From NCBI GenBank assembly GCA_944386665.1, contig CALXBZ010000115.1, positions 1 to 38,855 on the forward strand: a DNA stretch of 38,855 bases. Reading direction: 5' to 3'. This document shows, piece after piece, positions 37,378 through 38,855 of the stretch; within the stretch, counting starts at the first letter, position 1, and the number at the start of each line of letters is the position of its first letter. The stretch comes from an uncultured Clostridia bacterium. Lineage in GTDB: Bacteria; Bacillota; Clostridia; TANB77; CAG-508. The notes beneath the pieces are model-generated. The model did no database searches, had not been told where the DNA came from, and saw only the letters and a program-made list of their open reading frames with translations. A program made the translations under genes and the position numbers.

Positions 37378-38104
37378 AATATACTTCTCCTGTATTAAAG
37401 TTGTATTGACTTATGCTTATTATTTGTGCCATATACTTATTCTTATAATAATCTTCTTTAGGTAATCCATTATCTTCAAACAGTTTAATAACTTCTTTTT
37501 CATCTCTACTAAATTCTAAAAATTTATTAGCTTTAGTTTCACCATATCCAGGTATGCCATTATAATGGTCTGCATTATCTCCCATTATTATTTGTTTATA
37601 GAGGTTATATTGAGCAGTATCTCTATCTATATCTACCAAGTTATTATTTGGTAAATCTCTAAAGAACTTACAAGGTACTGTAAAGAAATCTTTATCTATA
37701 GATACAATTATCTTATCAAAGGTAGGGTAGAATGTTTTATCCTCATATAATATCCTACAAGTATCATCAGCCTCAAGATTAACTAAACTAATAGGGTTAT
37801 ATTCTTCCTTAACTTCTTGTAATAACACTTCATATATCGGAGGTTTAACAGGTCTATTCGATTTATAATCTGGATTAATTACTTTCCTAAAGTTATTCTT
37901 ATCACCAATAGCAAGCTCACAATCAGTAGCTTGTAACTTATCCATTAAACGATTAAGATTATCTTCTATATATAATATACATTTATTTATATCATAAGCC
38001 TCATAATATATATTCTTATGTATATTATCTTGATGAAGTATTTTAGCAGCTGTTATAGATTTATATAGGTAACTTTCTATATCTACTATTAATAATCTAT
38101 TCAT
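37367..38104 (-). CDS. 5'-3' exonuclease (T7 gp6/FEN-like)
   Basis: LIVD, NFRK...YKSNR, LEADD, SIDKD and H3TH motif GDNADHYNGIPGYG..KA. Confidence 0.92.
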   Translation of the reverse strand: MNRLLIVDIESYLYKSITAAKILHQDNIHKNIYYEAYDINKCILYIEDNLNRLMDKLQATDCELAIGDKNNFRKVINPDYKSNRPVKPPIYEVLLQEVKEEYNPISLVNLEADDTCRILYEDKTFYPTFDKIIVSIDKDFFTVPCKFFRDLPNNNLVDIDRDTAQYNLYKQIIMGDNADHYNGIPGYGETKANKFLEFSRDEKEVIKLFEDNGLPKEDYYKNKYMAQIISISQYNFNTGEVYYDR

Positions 38105-38324
38105 AATATATTCTTATCCTCCCGGTAGAATTGGGTCTTAAATCTTTTATGACGTGTTGAGTATTTATAGGACGCGAGTGTATGTTGCGTTCCATTAATT
38201 CTCTATAATAATTGTGTTGTAATTCGTGAGCTTGATTAATACCAACTTCTCTTTTGGCATCTCTTATTTGTTCGGGAGTTGGAAGAGGTACTAACCCTAA
38301 ACAACTTAATAAGATTAATTCCAT
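38097..38324 (-). CDS. Hypothetical protein
   Basis: 75-aa ORF with an AAGGAGG RBS. Confidence 0.6.
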   Translation of the reverse strand: MELILLSCLGLVPLPTPEQIRDAKREVGINQAHELQHNYYRELMERNIHSRPINTQHVIKDLRPNSTGRIRIYYE

Positions 38325-38333
38325 AGAGCCTCC

Positions 38334-38798
38334 TTATAGTATATTATGTTTCTCTAATTCTATATTGATTTGTTTATATAATTCTGTTGGGTCTTTTATA
38401 TGGTCGATATTGTATACTTTTATTTCTACCCTAGGATTATCTCTATCTATTCCTCCATCTGTATATAACACCATAGGTATATTACTAGCTTTATCATCTG
38501 GTAACTTACCACATTCAACTAGAGCATCTTCAAAGAATTTTTGATGGATAGATAGAACATTACCTATATCAAATCTTCTGTTATCACCTTTAAATACTTG
38601 ATATAGTATAGCTATCTTTTCGTATCTAGGTTTATCTTGTATCTGGTCTACAATAGCTTGCTTATATTTAATCTTTGCTACGTTTAAAGTTCTGAAATAA
38701 GTATTGCGATAGTTGTTAAGATTAAGAATAAAAAATCTTTCCTTACCTTTTTTATCTATGCTTAATCTAATCTTTAAAGGACTTACTATCTTATACAT
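38334..38798 (-). CDS. RusA-like Holliday junction resolvase
   Basis: LNLN..Y, RRFDIGN...KFFEDAL...G.LPDD and D..NPRVEI motifs. Confidence 0.85.
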   Translation of the reverse strand: MYKIVSPLKIRLSIDKKGKERFFILNLNNYRNTYFRTLNVAKIKYKQAIVDQIQDKPRYEKIAILYQVFKGDNRRFDIGNVLSIHQKFFEDALVECGKLPDDKASNIPMVLYTDGGIDRDNPRVEIKVYNIDHIKDPTELYKQINIELEKHNIL

Positions 38799-38855
38799 TA
38801 AACCTCCTAATTTACTCTGATAAAGATTTACTCATATTATACCTCATATCTTTCA
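38779..38855. repeat. Terminal direct repeat, right copy
   Basis: Identical to 1-77. Confidence 0.95.

Noticed and set aside
1-38855. Stop-codon reassignment
   Set aside because: Genes are full length and densely packed under the standard bacterial code, and TAA, TAG and TGA all end genes.

Overview
The window looks like a complete circular genome of an AT-rich (about 30% GC by eye) tailed phage with podovirus-type morphogenesis genes. Bases 1-77 repeat exactly at 38779-38855, giving a unit length of 38,778 bp. The leftward (minus-strand) arm, about 9.5 kb down to base 1 and wrapping to 35.3 kb, holds early and replication genes: a sigma70-family sigma factor, two paralogous replication-initiator-like proteins, an SSB-like protein, an M48 peptidase, DnaB, a metallophosphoesterase, RusA, a 5'-3' exonuclease and a dATP/dGTP diphosphohydrolase-like protein. 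The rightward arm (10.2-35.3 kb) holds terminase subunits, portal, scaffold, major capsid, adaptor and nozzle, a GNAT protein, three ejection proteins (one with a lytic transglycosylase domain), tail fibres, an ART-PolyVal-like ADP-ribosyltransferase, a permuted NlpC/P60 enzyme and a GH24 endolysin. I recognised no integrase, DNA polymerase, primase, tRNA or CRISPR array. The main hidden features are: (1) a 683-nt group I intron with an HNH homing endonuclease that splits the major capsid gene; (2) a lambda-type G GGA AAG -1 frameshift site whose shifted frame exactly fills an intergenic gap; (3) two perfect cyanobacterial-type HLR1 (RpaB-like) boxes at matching distances upstream of two early promoters, hinting at a host related to Cyanobacteria such as Melainabacteria (inference); (4) several candidate small RNAs, one of which exposes an anti-Shine-Dalgarno sequence complementary to the terL ribosome-binding site. 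All calls come from manual reading; no database searches were run.
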